Part shown: positions 40,481 through 55,725 of the stretch, piece after piece
How the letters are laid out: each line of letters starts with the position of its first letter
How positions within the stretch are numbered: the first letter of the stretch is position 1
NCBI GenBank assembly: GCA_951406725.2
Contig: OX597827.1
Span: 42,842,001 to 42,906,000, forward strand
Length of the DNA stretch: 64,000 bases
DNA from: Octopus vulgaris
Lineage: Eukaryota
Reading direction: 5' to 3'
The notes under the pieces: generated by a model
The model's input: the letters and a program-made list of their open reading frames with translations, nothing else
What the model was told of the DNA's origin: nothing
Databases searched by the model: none
Program-made: the position numbers and the translations under genes

Positions 40481-40970
40481 ATATATATATATATTATATT
40501 ACAGATAAGAAATCCAATGAAAACGCTATCGCCCGACTTTATTGCAACGTTAAACACATAAAAATGTTTTACATAGAAAACACAAAGAAAAGTTTGGTTT
40601 CTTTAATTCATATCAGTGCTTAGCGAAATTATGAACAACAAAGTTTTCAATCAAGGGACTTAGCTCTATTTGTATGGATTTGATAAAAAAAACCCGCAAT
40701 CGTTATTTTAACACAATCACGATACATCTGGATGGAGTCTGTCTCCAGCACCCTTTCTGTATGTTGCGCGGGGTTATTGAGTAAAAGTCGGGATCAGGCT
40801 TTTGTAGCTATTATTCCCGCTCTGACTACATTTATGTACATTCGTGCGCACGTGTATTTGTGTGTGAATAAATATTTATAGAGCTATATGCATGCATACA
40901 TACTCATACATACATACACATTTACGAGTTTTTAGGTATATATTGACCATATGTATATGTATATATATCT

Positions 40971-41107
<137 letters not shown>

Positions 41108-41120
41108 TATATATATATAC

Positions 41121-41178
<58 letters not shown>

Positions 41179-41458
41179 ACATTCACATACACACAAACAC
41201 ACATATATATATCCATAGATAGGTAGATAGATATGTACATACACATCCACTCATATATATATACATACATATATAAACATAAATACATATATATATACAT
41301 ACACACACACACACACACACACATATATACATATACACACACACACACATATATATATACATATATACATATATATACTCAAAAATAAGCAACAAGGATG
41401 ACTATATATAGGTTTTCCAATAATACAAAAGCTTTTGTATTATTGGAAAACCTATATT

Positions 41459-41546
41459 TTTGGCTGAAGAGCACTCAACAACTTAAATCTGCTGTAATAA
41501 TTACAACTTTTAATAAAATGTTGTAGTGCGAAACAATTGTACCAAA
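41459..41546 (+). ncRNA. Fully canonical type I hammerhead ribozyme motif (family F)
   Basis: tttgg-CTGAAGA-gcact-caaca...tgttg-t-agtgc-GAAAC-aatt-GTA-ccaaa; all core bases and the G10.1-C11.1 pair are intact. Confidence 0.82.
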
Positions 41547-42021
41547 TTACCAGAATCATTCTTGTTGCTTATTTTTTATTATAATCATCCCGCAAATTTT
41601 TATGGATAACACCACACAAAATTCTGATACATCTAAATTAAGTACCATATTCATTTGAATCTAAATTGTTGCTGTACATAAACACGTGTCTGCTAGCGAC
41701 AGCTGATGAAGGGGATTTTTCCTTGTGTAGCATGTCCTGTACTTCGTTTTTCTGTTGCACATAATTGTTTTTCCAGTTTTCGTTTTCGTTTCGTCTTGTT
41801 CCACGTCTCTGTCCTTCTGTTGTAACAAAATGTCTTCTCCGTTTTCGTTCTGTTGATTTTTTCGTCTTCCTGTGATGTCCTGTACGTATATATATTTATA
41901 TATGCATGTATATATACATGTAGATGTCGGTACGTACATATATGTTTGTATGTATGCATATATTTTATTTATTACACTATATATATATATATTTATATAC
42001 ATACATGCATACATACATACA

Positions 42022-42057
<36 letters not shown>

Positions 42058-42807
42058 TACATAGATATACACACACACACATATATATATATACATACTC
42101 AGATGCGCATAAACACGCGCATGCACACACATCTCATAATATATATACGTATATACATATATACTCACACACACATATATACATACATATACACACACAT
42201 ATACATACATATACATACACGCATGCATACATACATGCATACATACATACATACATACATACATACATGCATACACACATGCATACATACATACATACAT
42301 ACATACATACATACATACATACATACATACATACATACATACATACATACATACATACATACATACATACATACATACATACATACATACATACATACCT
42401 ACATACATACATACATACATACATACATACATACAAAGATACTCAGACGCGCATAAACACGTGCATGGACCCGCATATCTACTCACGCAGATGCATATTC
42501 CTACACTTTTTTTAGTTGAGTCTATTATGAATGCCTATGTCTGTAAACGTTTGTTTTGTTCCATGATCTCTCAGCCGCGCGTATCAAATTAAATAAAGAG
42601 AAACTATTATTCCGGGCTGAATAGATAAGGCCAGCCAACTAACCAACTGTTGCTACGTGCAATGGCTGAGGTTTTGCTGTTCCTTTGTAGTGTGTCTTTA
42701 CTTTCATGCTTACGCTTTTCTTTTTTCGTGTTTTTTTTTTTTGTTTTGTTTCACTTTTATCATCAGTGAACGACTGTGGTTCGACAAACAATACGCAGAT
42801 AGACATA

Positions 42808-43222
42808 TACTCTTTACTCTCTTTTACTTGTTTCAGTCATTTGACTGCGGCCATGCTGGAGCACCGCCTTTAGTCGAGCAACTCGACCCCGGGACTTATT
42901 CTTTTTTTGTAAGCCCAGTACTTATTCTATCGGTCTCTTTTTGCCGAACCGCTAAGTGACGGGGACGTAAACACACCAGCATCGGTTGTCAAGCAATGCT
43001 AGGGGGACAAACACAGACACACAAACAAACACACTTACATATATATGTATATAAATATATACGACAGGCTTCTTTCAGTTTCCGTCTACCAAATCCACTC
43101 TCAAGGCATTGGTCGGCCCGGGGCTATAGCAGAAGACACTTGCCCAAGGTACCACGCAGTGGGACTGAACCCGGAACCATGTGGTTGGTTAGCAAGCTAC
43201 ATACCACACAGCCACTCCTGCG

Positions 43223-43224
<2 letters not shown>
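42808..43224 (-). mobile_element. SINE A, full-length
   Basis: Matches the family. Confidence 0.9.
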
Positions 43225-43278
<54 letters not shown>

Positions 43279-43283
<5 letters not shown>

Positions 43284-43463
43284 TCTTTATTGCCCACAAA
43301 GGTCTAAACATAGAGGGGACAAACAAGGACAGACAAAGGAATTAAAATCGATTATATCGACTCCAGTGCGCAACTGGTACTTATTTAATCGACCCCGAAA
43401 GGATGAAAGGCTAAGTCAACCTCGGCGAAATTGGAACTCTGAACGTAGCGGCAGACGAAATAC
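43279..43463 (-). mobile_element. SINE D unit
   Basis: Matches the 184 bp array unit. Confidence 0.8.
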
Positions 43464-43946
43464 CTTTTGGGATAGACTTGTGACTGGTGACGAAAAATGG
43501 ATCTTCTATCGAAATGTTAAACGCAGTAAACACTAGCTTTGTAAAAGGGAAAAAGCTCAACCACAACCGAGAAGGGAACCTCATGGGGGAAAAGGTTCTT
43601 CTCTCTATATGGTGGGATTGCAAAGCAGTAATTCACTTTGAATTGTTACCGCCTAATGCAACAATTAATGCTCAAGTCTACTGTCAGCAATTAGAGCGTT
43701 TGAACCAAGCTTTGAAGAAAAAAAGACCCACTTTAGTGAATCGAGAAGGTGTGATGTTTCATTAAGACAATGCGCGACCCCACACTGCAAAGATCACATA
43801 GGGATAAAAAAGCTTGTGAATAGATGGAAGAAAGTCATAGATAACCAGGGAAAGTACATTGATGATTAAATTTCAATTAAATATAACATTTGATCACTTG
43901 TTTTTCTGTATTCAAAATACGGACAGAACTTATGGGATGACCTGAT
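43464..43946 (+). mobile_element. Mariner transposase pseudogene fragment with 3' TIR
   Basis: LVTGDEKWIFY; KVLLSIWWDCKAVIHFELLPPNATINAQVYCQQL; H*DNARPH; RWKKVIDNQGKYIDD; contains stops and a deletion. Confidence 0.9.
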
Positions 43947-44669
43947 AACTCTAAACTACATCCGACAGTGGGAACTTGGGGTTCTGGTTTCAAGGTTTCA
44001 GGGTTGATGTTGCTCAAAGTGGTACGGAACCAACATGTTGCGGCGGAGATAAACCAGTATATGCTGTCGGACCCCGCTGCTGATATCGGGGGTTTGCTTT
44101 CTATACCTTGATCCAAACATAGGGCGGGGCTTACCTCTCTGAGCTGGGAAATGAATGAAATGCTTGGTGTGAGTCTTGTTGTCGCTACCCCCTCCTATGA
44201 GGAATTGGCCTTGGTAAGTAAAAAATAAAAATATTTATACATAGATTCGTACACATATATACACGCTTTGAAACAGAAAAAAAAACAAGAAAAAAAGGTC
44301 ACGTACACAATCACAGATCGGATCCTAAAAAAAGCATTATCGCCCTATAAAAAGACAGAGCAAGTGCCTTCTCTCCAATCGATTCTGCAATCTAGAATTG
44401 ATTACAGCTCTTGCCAACCACCACGGACTCGGCATGTTAGACAAATGTTTTGCTATAGCCTTCTATTGACCAATGTCTTCTGGATGAAATTTCGTTGACG
44501 GCAACTACTCAGGAGCCTGTCGTGTGTGTGTGTGTGTGTGTGTGTGTCTGTGTGTCTGTGTGTGCGTGTGTGCGTGTGTGTCTGTGTGTGTCTGTGTGTG
44601 TCTATGTATGTGTGTGTGTGTGCCTGTGTGTGCATGTGTGCGTGTGTATGTGTTTGTTGTTCGGTGTTT

Positions 44670-44996
44670 GGCACATGACAGTGGTTAGCGTATTCGGCTC
44701 ACGATCGCCGAAGGTCGTGAGTTCAATTCCCGTAAGGTTCTAGGTTCGATTCCCGGTGGCGCGTTGTATCCTTGAATAAGACACTTTATTTCGCATTGCT
44801 CCAGTTCCCTCAAGAGGCAAAAAAATGAGTAGTACCTATATTTCAAAGGGGCCAGCTTTGTCAAACTCTATGTCATGCTGAATCTCCCTGAGAACTACAT
44901 TAAGAGTACACGTGTCTGTGGAGTGCTCAACCACTTGCAACGTTAATTTCACGAGCAGGCTGTTCTGTTGATCGGATAAGTTGGAACCCTCCTCGA
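44670..44996 (+). mobile_element. SINE head C (CORE-like) + tail 1
   Basis: CORE-like block followed by tttcaaaggggccagc...ttcacgagcaggctgttc. Confidence 0.7.
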
Positions 44997-45167
44997 TGCT
45001 AGTGGGCTGGACTCATTTCTAGCCTTTCATTTTTTAATACAACTATTTGAAATGGTTTGAAAAAGTATTCAGAACTGAAAACATTGATTCTGTTATTCTA
45101 TTTATAGAAATGATCCATTATACAATTATAATTCATAACTCAATTTAAACATAGGGGTCCTATATAT

Positions 45168-45383
45168 ACTCTTTACTCTTTACTCTTTTACTTGTTTCAG
45201 TCATTTGACTGCGGCCATGCTGGAGCACCACCTTTAGTCGAGCAAATCGACCCCGGGACTTATTCTTTGTAAGCCCAGTACTTATTCTATCGGTCTCTTT
45301 TGCCAAACCGCTAAGTGACGGGGATGTAAACACACCAGCATCGGTTGTCAAGCAATGCTAGGAGGACAAACACAGACACACAA

Positions 45384-45458
<75 letters not shown>

Positions 45459-45608
45459 TACGACAGGCTTCTTTCAGTTTCCGTCTACCAAATCCACTTA
45501 CAAGGCATTGGTCGGCCCGGGGCTATAGCAGAAGACACTTGCCCAAGATGCCACGCAGTGGGACTGAACCCGGAACCATGTGATTGGTAAACAAGCTACT
45601 TACCACAC
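45168..45608 (-). mobile_element. SINE A
   Basis: Matches the family. Confidence 0.85.
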
Positions 45609-45939
45609 TACTATTTCTATTACATCTTCACTGCTATCAAAAAATTATAGTCTCTAGATATTACACGAATACGAATGACCACTGAAAATTTTGATTTAGA
45701 ACCTTACATCCTATAAAACAAATTTAACAATTGACCAAGATTAAAAAAAAAACACTTGTTCAAATAAATGGCTTGTATTTCAATAATCACTACACACTAC
45801 TTTCGGGCCCTTACCCTCGTATATAGAGATTAGAATGCCTTTTATCTATTCGTGTCGTTGTTTTTTAAATTTGACTTGGTTTAACTGCAACGCAAAGACT
45901 TCCAAAATACTTGTTAGAGAATTACTTGTTAGAATTAAT

Positions 45940-46163
45940 TGTTAGAGAATACTCAGGATGCTGATTTGTTGGCACACTCAGTGGGGGATATGAAACATTT
46001 AATGGACAGTTTTTCCACTCCATGTGTACATTTCAGACTCAAATTAGTCTGGGGAAAACCAAAGTAATGTTACTCCCGTGCCAGGACATATTCTGACCCA
46101 AACATTTTTATGAATGGAGCACGGCTAGAAGTCGTTGACATCTTTGCTTACCTAGGAAGGACA
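45940..46163 (+). mobile_element. RTE/BovB-like reverse transcriptase fragment
   Basis: DADLLAHSVGDMKHLMDSFS..F; SLGKTKVM; NGARLEVVDIFAYLGRT. Confidence 0.75.
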
Positions 46164-46167
46164 CACA

Positions 46168-46291
<124 letters not shown>

Positions 46292-46460
46292 CATAAGGGA
46301 CTAAAGCCATCTGAATATGGCTAGGGACAGGGCAGGGTGGTGGGGGTGTTACTGTTGCATTTAGCCCCAGGCGAACATCAACGTCGCCAGATAGGCTTGA
46401 CACCATCACGGCGTCCTCTATCCTGCAAAGGGAGATAATTCCCCGATGAAGCGGAAACCA

Positions 46461-46506
46461 CACACGGACCTAGGTTTCAAGGTGTATTGCCTATCATCAA
46501 CGTGTG
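46461..46506 (-). ncRNA. Type I hammerhead motif (C3U core variant), unit 1
   Basis: Reverse strand: cacacg-TTGATGA-t-agg..cct-t-GAAAC-ctag-GTC-cgtgtg; stem III palindrome ACCTAGGT. Confidence 0.7.
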
Positions 46507-46822
46507 GTAGGCCCCCGCTTCCTCGACGAACAACTCACTCTGCAGGATATTTATATATAGATTTTCAAGCAAAATACATTTGCTGATTTCGAAAATCTGT
46601 TCGACAGCAATAATAATTCTCTAAATGAGATATAGACAGTAACTGATCCATAACATAAGGGACTAAAGCCATCTGAATATGGCTAGGGACAGGGCAGGGT
46701 GGTGAGGGTGTTACTGTTGCATTTAGCCCCAGGCGAACATCAACGTCGCCAGATAGGCTTGACACCATTACGGCGTCCTCTATCCTGCAAAGGGAGATAA
46801 TTCCCCGATGAAGCGGAAACCA

Positions 46823-46868
46823 CACAATGACCTAGGTTTCAAGGTGTATTGCCTATCATCAACGTGTG
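46823..46868 (-). ncRNA. Type I hammerhead motif, unit 2 (stem I altered next to the cleavage site)
   Basis: As unit 1, but GTC is followed by 'at' instead of 'cg'. Confidence 0.55.
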
Positions 46869-47149
46869 GTAGGCCCCCGCTTCCTCGACGAACAACTCAC
46901 TCTGCAGGATATTTATATATAGATTTTCAAGCAAAATGCATTTGCTGATTTCGAAAATCTGTTCGACAGCAATAATAATTCTCTAAATGAGATATAGACA
47001 GTAACTGCTCCATAACATAAGGGACTAAAGTCATCTGAATATGGCTAGGGACAGGGCAGGGTGGTGGGGGTGTTACTGTTGCATTTAGCCCCAGGCGAAC
47101 ATCAACGTCGCCAGATAGGCTTGACACCATCACGGCGTCCTCATGCACA

Positions 47150-47473
47150 TATTCTTTTATTCTCTTACTTGTTTCAGTCATTTGACTGTGGCCATGCTGG
47201 AGCGCACCGCCTTGAAAAAACCGACTGCAGGACTTATTCTTTGTAAACCTAGTACATATTCTATTGGTCTTTTTCGCCGAACCGCTAAGTTACGGGCACG
47301 TAAACACGTCAACGGGCTTCTTTCAGTTTCTGTCTATCAAATCCATTCAAAAGGCTTCGGTCAGCCCAAGGCTATTGTATAAGTCACTTACCCAAGGTGC
47401 CAAGCTGTAAGACTGAACCCAGAACCATGCGGTTGGAAAGCAATCCTCTTACCACACAGCCACTCCTGCGCCT
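47150..47473 (-). mobile_element. SINE A with internal deletion
   Basis: Matches the family. Confidence 0.75.
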
Positions 47474-47576
47474 ATGTACATGTATAGATGCATACATACA
47501 TCCACCCATTCATTCGTCCATACATACATACATACATACGTTGGGACAATTGGTGACAAAGATAGAAAAAGGGACA

Positions 47577-47632
<56 letters not shown>

Positions 47633-48342
47633 GTATATGCAGCCTAATGTGTGTTACCAGAGTACTGAGTTATGGGTATACAAGGGATGTTAATGTCGGT
47701 GCTGCTGTTAGAGGTGGCGGTGGTGGTGGAGGTGGTGACGGTGGTGGTAGTGACAGAGGTGGGGTGGGATTTTGATGGCGGCAGCGGTGGTTATGTTATG
47801 CTGGAAGGTCAACCTATCAATTAGACTCGAATCGTTAACGACGTCTACGTGCCTAATTTATGAGAGAGATAGAGAGAGGGGATGAGAGAGAGAGCAAGAC
47901 ATCGTAATGGGGGTGGACGGGAAACCGTCTCTACATGGTCCTTTCACCTGACAGATAGAAAGATCTGATCTGGTGCCAAACAAGCACAACAACAGTAACA
48001 ATAGCAACAGGAACAACAGCAACAACAAGAAAAACAACAACAGCAGCAACAACAACAACAACACAAACTAACAAATTTATGAGCCGCAGAGACAACCTCG
48101 TCGTGGCCGTTGGACCTGATACAACGACAGTAGCCAAATATTAGTCAGAATTCCTCCCTAACGTTTTAGATAAAAAGATAAGGGTAATAGGGGTATAAGT
48201 GCTGGTGCTTGTAGTGCTGGTAGTGGTGGTGGTCGTTGTGGTGGTGGTGGTGGCAGCGGTATCAGCGTGGGTAGTGGTGGTGGTAGTGGCGTTGGTGGCC
48301 GTGGTAATGCCGGCGGTGGTGGTGGTGGCGGTGGTGATGGTG

Positions 48343-48626
48343 ATGATCCAGAATTGGTTTTCGGAGAAATTCAAGGACTTCACCAGCCTCGGTTTCTCGC
48401 CTTTCTAATCCCCGCAATTGTAAATCCCATGGATTTTTTTTTTATGTAGTGGGTGCGGTGGAGAAAGCTATCAAGAGATCAAGTGTTTTCTGTCTGTAAC
48501 ATCAAGGCCGGTTTAGTGGTCAAGATCAACAAGGTTTTTTCCGAAGATCTTCACACGGATTCCGTGAGGAAAGCATGCACCAAATTCCAGAGCCGACAAG
48601 AGGCCGTGGTGGAAGCCAAAATATAG
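48343..48626 (+). mobile_element. Tc1/mariner-superfamily transposase C-terminal remnant
   Basis: QNWFSEKFKDFTS...NPMDFF..VGAVEK...VRKACTKFQSRQEAVVEA, with frameshifts. Confidence 0.7.
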
Positions 48627-48780
48627 TTGATATTTTTTGGTAGTTCAAAGTACTGTTATTTTCGGAGGTGATTTTGTGTTTCTTCATGATCGAGGATAAC
48701 ATCATAGGCATCATGTAATTAAGCCATAATTATATTCATATAATTATATATTTGTGTGTATGTATACATATATATATTGA

Positions 48781-48834
<54 letters not shown>

Positions 48835-48879
48835 TACATATACATATACACACACATATGTATATATATATACGCACGT

Positions 48880-49563
<684 letters not shown>

Positions 49564-49879
49564 ACATATATACATATAGACAGAAAGAGAGATGTATGTA
49601 TGTATGCATGCATGCATGAATGCATGCATGCGTGCATGTATGTATGTATGTATGTATGTATGTATGTATGTATGTATGTATGTATGTATGTATGTTTTAT
49701 GCGGTCCAGTAGCATGGATCATGACTGCATATGATTCATATGAAACAGGTTGGGAATTTTTCGAATTCTTGGCGATTGATTGGTCGTCTGCTAAGTGGAA
49801 GGTCTTCTGGTGGTGATGATATTCAAGAGGGAAGAGGCTAGCGTGGATGTTTTATATATTATTAATATGGAATGTTATT

Positions 49880-50640
49880 CACAGAAAGGAAGTGGATGAA
49901 GTAGAAGTGGGAGAGGGGTGCGGAAGGAGGAGAAGCTGAAGGAGGAGGATGAGGAGGAGAGGAAAAGAAGGAGAAGGAGAAGGAGAAGAAAGAGAAGAAG
50001 TAGTAGTAGTAGGAGGAGGAGGAATAGAAGGAGAAGACGAAAATGAAGAAGACGTCGGCGATGATGATGATGATGGTGGTGGTGGTGGTGATGATGATGA
50101 TGAGGAGGAGGAGGAGGAAGGAAGAAAGGAAAGAAAGAAAGAAAGAAAAAGAAGACGACGACGACAACGACGACGATGATGATGATGATGATGATGAAGG
50201 AAGAAAGGAAGGAAGGAAAGGAAGAAGATAGAGAAGAAGAAAAAGAAGAAGAAGAAGGAGAAGAAGAATGAAGAAAAAGAAGATGAAAAAGAAGAAAATG
50301 AAGACGGTGGTGCGAGAAGAGGAGAGGAGGAGGAGGAGGAGAGGGGGAAGTCGAAGGGAGAGTGGATCGGACGTCGACTCTGATAAGAACTGAAAATGTG
50401 GAAAGCCTGGGTGGGTAGGAGGGAGCAAGGAAGCGAGGGCAATGGACGATAGCAGAAGTACTGGTGGTGGTGGTGGTGGTGGTGGTGGTGGTAATGGTGG
50501 TGGTGGCGGTGGTGGTGGTGGTTTTGTTGTTGTTGTTGTCGTTGTTGGTGGTGGTGGTGGGTGATGTGTAGAAAGAGAGGAGATAGGGAACAAGAGAAAG
50601 AGAGGAGGTGATGGGATGAGGGGGGTGAAACATGGAAGAG
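49880..50640. repeat. Purine-rich (GAA/GGA/GAT/GGT)n low complexity
   Basis: Directly visible. Confidence 0.9.
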
Positions 50641-51440
50641 GTCGGGTTGGGGTTGTTTAAGAGGAAGGTCAAGTCATGCTGACTCTAGATGAGGGTCATC
50701 AACCTTGCCGCCGTTTCGAGCGACCCCGCATTTCAAGAGATGCGTATGTAAATAAGGATTTGGTGATAAGAAGATACGCACAGATATACATACACAAATA
50801 CATAAAAAACACACTTAAAGCACGCATACACACACACACACACATACACACAAATACATACTTCACGCACACACACATAGAAATACAAACATGCACACAC
50901 ATACGCACAAATAGAGACACACAAGCAAGTGTATAAACAATCCGCCCAACAAACGCGTGCGCAACACACAAAAACAAACATACTCGTATATACGAACATA
51001 GTGCAACAGGCAGACACACACACACATAAACACACACATACAAACACATTTGTATATACAAACCCACATGTACACACATTCATACATACATGCAATACAT
51101 ACATACAAACATGTGTGCGAGCTAAGAGAAACACGCGTGCATTGCCACATGTAGGCCAATATATTCGGAAGAATAGAGGTTGTTGAGAGAGAAAGAGAGG
51201 GAGAAAGAAAGAGAGGAAGAAAATGTAGGAAAGACAGCAGTAAAGAAAGAAAGGAAGAAAGAGAGAGAGTAGAAAAAAGAAAGACGGAAAGAACGTAAGT
51301 GAACAGAAAGGGTGTGGTAATTGTTGTGCGCCCAGCGGACAATAATGTAGTGACTATAGAGAGACGCTTTTGCATACATCTATAAATATGTATATATATA
51401 ACGTATATATATATTTATATCTATATATATATATATATAT

Positions 51441-51538
<98 letters not shown>

Positions 51539-51785
51539 GTTAAAGAGGACAGCAATTATATATCGGAAATCAGCAATGGCTCCATAACTACCGTCCCGGC
51601 TATAACCCTGGAGCCCTAATAATCCGTTACAGTACTTACTTAACGTACCTGATTATTTAGATCAACTCTGAACTAAAACCCCATATCTTGTATATATATA
51701 TATATGCATGTATGTATGTATGTATGTATGTATGTATGTATGTATGTATGTATGTATGTATGTATGTATGTATGTATTATTAATT

Positions 51786-51829
<44 letters not shown>

Positions 51830-51835
<6 letters not shown>

Positions 51836-52160
51836 TGTTATTATTTTTATTGTATTTATTTTTGTGTAACATTGTCCGTTTTTTACGTCCTTGTTTTTGT
51901 ATACATTCGCTGCTTTCTTCCAAGGAATCTAATGCTATTAGCTTAATTTTCCCTTGAGGCTGGCCAGATTGGAGCAATCTCGAGTATAATCAGCCGAATT
52001 TGCGAAGATAATCTGGTACTTGACTGAGGAAAGAAAACTTCGAATGACCCATCCTTGTTTTCTTTGTATCGTCTATCTGGATGTTTTGTTGTACCTTTTT
52101 GTATCACCTAATTGCTCGGATGTTTTGCGTTCTTATCCCATTTTATGTTTTATATATATA
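51830..52160 (+). mobile_element. Family E terminal-repeat fragment
   Basis: Matches 60620-60930. Confidence 0.7.
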
Positions 52161-52251
52161 TAATTATTTGAATTTGGGTATATGTCTATTAGTATGTTGA
52201 TTAAAGCCCCTTCACCGTTTGGGCTATCTGATGTCATCCACAGTTACGATA

Positions 52252-52636
52252 TAGGCACAGGCGTGGCTGCGTAGTAAGAAGCTTGCTTCCCAACGTCATG
52301 ATTTTGGGTTTAGTCCTACTGCGTGGCACCTAGAGCAAGTGTCTTCTGCTATAGCCTAGGCTCGACACAAACCTTGTGAGTGGATTTGATAGATAGAAAC
52401 CGAAAGAGGCCTGCCATATATGTATACGTGTGTGTGCGTGTGTGTATTTGTTCTCCACCACTGCTTGATGGTGTTGGTGCGTTTACGTCTTCGTAACTTA
52501 GCGGGTCGGCAAACGAGTACTATAAAATAAATCCCAGGCTTAAAAAAAAGGACTGGGATTGATTCATTCGACTAAAAATTCTTCAAGGCAGTGCCCCAGT
52601 GTGGCCGCAGTCATATTACTGAAACAAGTGAAAGAT

Positions 52637-52640
<4 letters not shown>
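52252..52640 (+). mobile_element. SINE A, diverged
   Basis: Matches the family. Confidence 0.75.
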
Positions 52641-52684
<44 letters not shown>

Positions 52685-52749
52685 CCACACATATACATAT
52701 ATATATGTGTGTGTATATATATATATATGAATATATGATGTATATATTC

Positions 52750-52818
<69 letters not shown>

Positions 52819-53578
52819 TATATATGATGCGCACTTCTCCTTTACTATTTCTTCTCTGTCTATCTCTCTCCCTCTCCCCTTCACCGTTCTCTCTCTCTTA
52901 CTCCTCCTCCTCCTCCTCCTTCTCCTCTTCGACTCCCTCGTCACCGACACGGGATCAGAGGGAAGACATCTTCCCAACTGCTATCGTCACCAAGACCAGA
53001 GCATCTTATCCTGTCTCTTTCATAAGCTGTCTCCTTAAGTATTCAGAATAATATTTCCATCGTCTTGGCTTAACAACCCTCATTGTTTGTTTTTACTGTT
53101 TTGTTCTCATTGTTCTGTCTTTTACTGTTTTTACTTTTTTATTGTTTTTACTGTTTTGTCCTTACTGTCCTGTTCTTGTTACCACTTTCACCCTCCGCAA
53201 AAAAATCCCAAATTTTATTTAATTTGCTTTGCAGAAAGAACTGTTTTAAGGAAGTCGCGTCTTGTCCTTACCTTCGATAGGCGGGGTAGACGAAACAGGG
53301 ACAACTGATGAAGGGAAATATTCCTTGTGTTGTATGCTTTGTACTCTGTTTCTTGGGTTTTTTTGTTGTTTGAAAAAAAGTTCGTTTCTATGTTTTTGTT
53401 TTTATGTTTCCTTTTCTCATTGTGTTCAAGGATATTTTTTTTGATGTCCGGTACCCATATATGCATGTATATATACATATATATGTGTAGGTATGTACAT
53501 ATATGTACATATATGTATATATTTATATATTATTTATATTATTATGTGATCGAACGCCACGCATCCTTTTCCAAATAA

Positions 53579-53607
<29 letters not shown>

Positions 53608-53613
<6 letters not shown>

Positions 53614-54531
53614 GTCATCCCATAAATAATGCGTTTTTTATACTTTTATTTTTCAAAATTAAGATAAACAAAGTTCTTTTTTAACATAAAACATACTCTC
53701 CTTCATTTTCTGCAATGCTCTTCCATCTATCTGGTAGACTTGCAAGGTCCCCCTTCCAAAATTCACTTGTCCGTCACGAAAAATACTCCTCTATTATTGT
53801 TCTGACCTCGTCTACAGAATTCATATTTTTTCCGTTCAAACTGATTTTGAAGACTGCAGAATAAATGATAATCAGATGGAGTAATATCCGGCGATTATGG
53901 TGAGCGGTGCATCGTTTCCCATGCAAACTGCTGCAGCCTTTGGAATGTCGTCCTCGTTGTATGTGGCCGAGCATTATCCTGATGGAAGAACACCTTTGTT
54001 CTTGAAACCAGATTTGGTCGTTTTTCTTCTAGCGCTGATTTGAACGACTTGTTGAATGACCAAATCCAAGCTTCTCTGCTAGTTCCTCAGCAGCTACGAT
54101 GGGATTTTGTTCTATCAGGGTTTTCAGGATGTCCTCGTCGAGCTCTACAGATCTTCCAGGACGAGACTCGTCCTCTAGGCTGTAGTTTCCAGCTTGGAAT
54201 TTCTAGAACCACTGTTGGCACTAGCCTACGCTTATTGTCCGATCCCCATATACGGCATTAATATTCCTCATACTTTCTGTTGTGTTGTTGCCTTTATTGA
54301 ACTCATAAAGCAAAATATGCCGAATATTCACCTTTGCCACTTCCATTATAGCTTTGAGAAAATGACTGTTAAAATTGAACTGCAATCTTCAAAACTTGCA
54401 CTAAGAATAAGGACAAGGTAAAATTACTACCTGATTTTATAGCAAATTGATGCAGGTAGTTTATCCCGTTTCCCTCCAACTTTTAGTTCACGCAATTGAA
54501 AAAACCGCATTATTTATGTGATGATCCAATA
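53608..54531 (-). mobile_element. Internally deleted mariner with both TIRs
   Basis: TIRs tattgggtcatcccataaataatgcg / cgcattatttatgtgatgatccaata; minus strand reads MEVAKVNIRH..EFNKG..WF*KFQAGNYSLEDESRPGR..EELAEKL and FHQDNARPH. Confidence 0.9.
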
Positions 54532-54547
54532 CACACACACACACACG

Positions 54548-54585
<38 letters not shown>

Positions 54586-54608
54586 ATATATATATATGTA
54601 TATATGTA

Positions 54609-54644
<36 letters not shown>

Positions 54645-54882
54645 TGTATGTATGTATATATATATTGAATATATATATATGTACACATATATGTATGCAT
54701 GTATGTATGTATGTATGTATGTATGCATGTATGCATATCTATGCATGCATTGTGGGAATGCAACCATTCTCAGGCCTCGATCAAACCACCGGTAGACATT
54801 AAAACTCTGAATTCCCACAATAAATTTATATTAATGATTCCAGTTTTCTCATACTCAGAAATACTAATAAATAATGCACCTT

Positions 54883-54962
<80 letters not shown>

Positions 54963-54981
54963 GCACACATATATATATATA

Positions 54982-55035
<54 letters not shown>

Positions 55036-55103
55036 GGTCTCGGGTTGAGTCGGGGTTAACCACAGTAAATAAGGTACTCAATACATAGCAGAGTATAAAA
55101 TAA

Positions 55104-55146
<43 letters not shown>

Positions 55147-55589
55147 CATATATACATACATACATATAGGTAGACAGATATATAATGTTTGTATTATATC
55201 TTAGCTCACTTTGTTCTCATTCCATATGAATATATTAAAGGCGGTGAGCGGAATAAAATTGCTGTCAAATATTTGTTGCAGCTCTTTACCTTCTGCTTAA
55301 ACGAGTGTAAACGCTGCCGAGGTCAAGGTTGCCTTCCGCTCACCACTGCCAGGGATAAAACAAAATACCGACCAATCATTGGGCCTATGTCATCGACTAA
55401 CCACGTCCTCAAAATTGTTGGATATGTGCCTAAATTAGAAACCGTCAGATATATGTATGAATGTGTGTCCTACCTTTTTGTGTTAACTGTGCGATTCAGT
55501 CACTTTTAAGTTATGTCTACAGATATCTATTGAAATTAGTGCTGGCTCTTTATCGTATAGAATAGCCGTAGAGATTATTTACAGATAAT

Positions 55590-55724
<135 letters not shown>

Positions 55725-55725
55725 C

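Noticed and set aside
47931-47965. Possible minus-strand terminal exon (tctgtcag|GTGAAAGGACCATGTAG)
   Set aside because: An acceptor-like site and a short frame arise easily by chance; no upstream exon found.
48343-48365. IQNWF resembling homeodomain helix 3
   Set aside because: The downstream sequence fits a Tc1/mariner transposase C-terminus, and there is no NRR motif.
49862-50672. Pro/Ser/Phe-rich 243 and 265 aa ORFs
   Set aside because: Purine-rich simple repeats.
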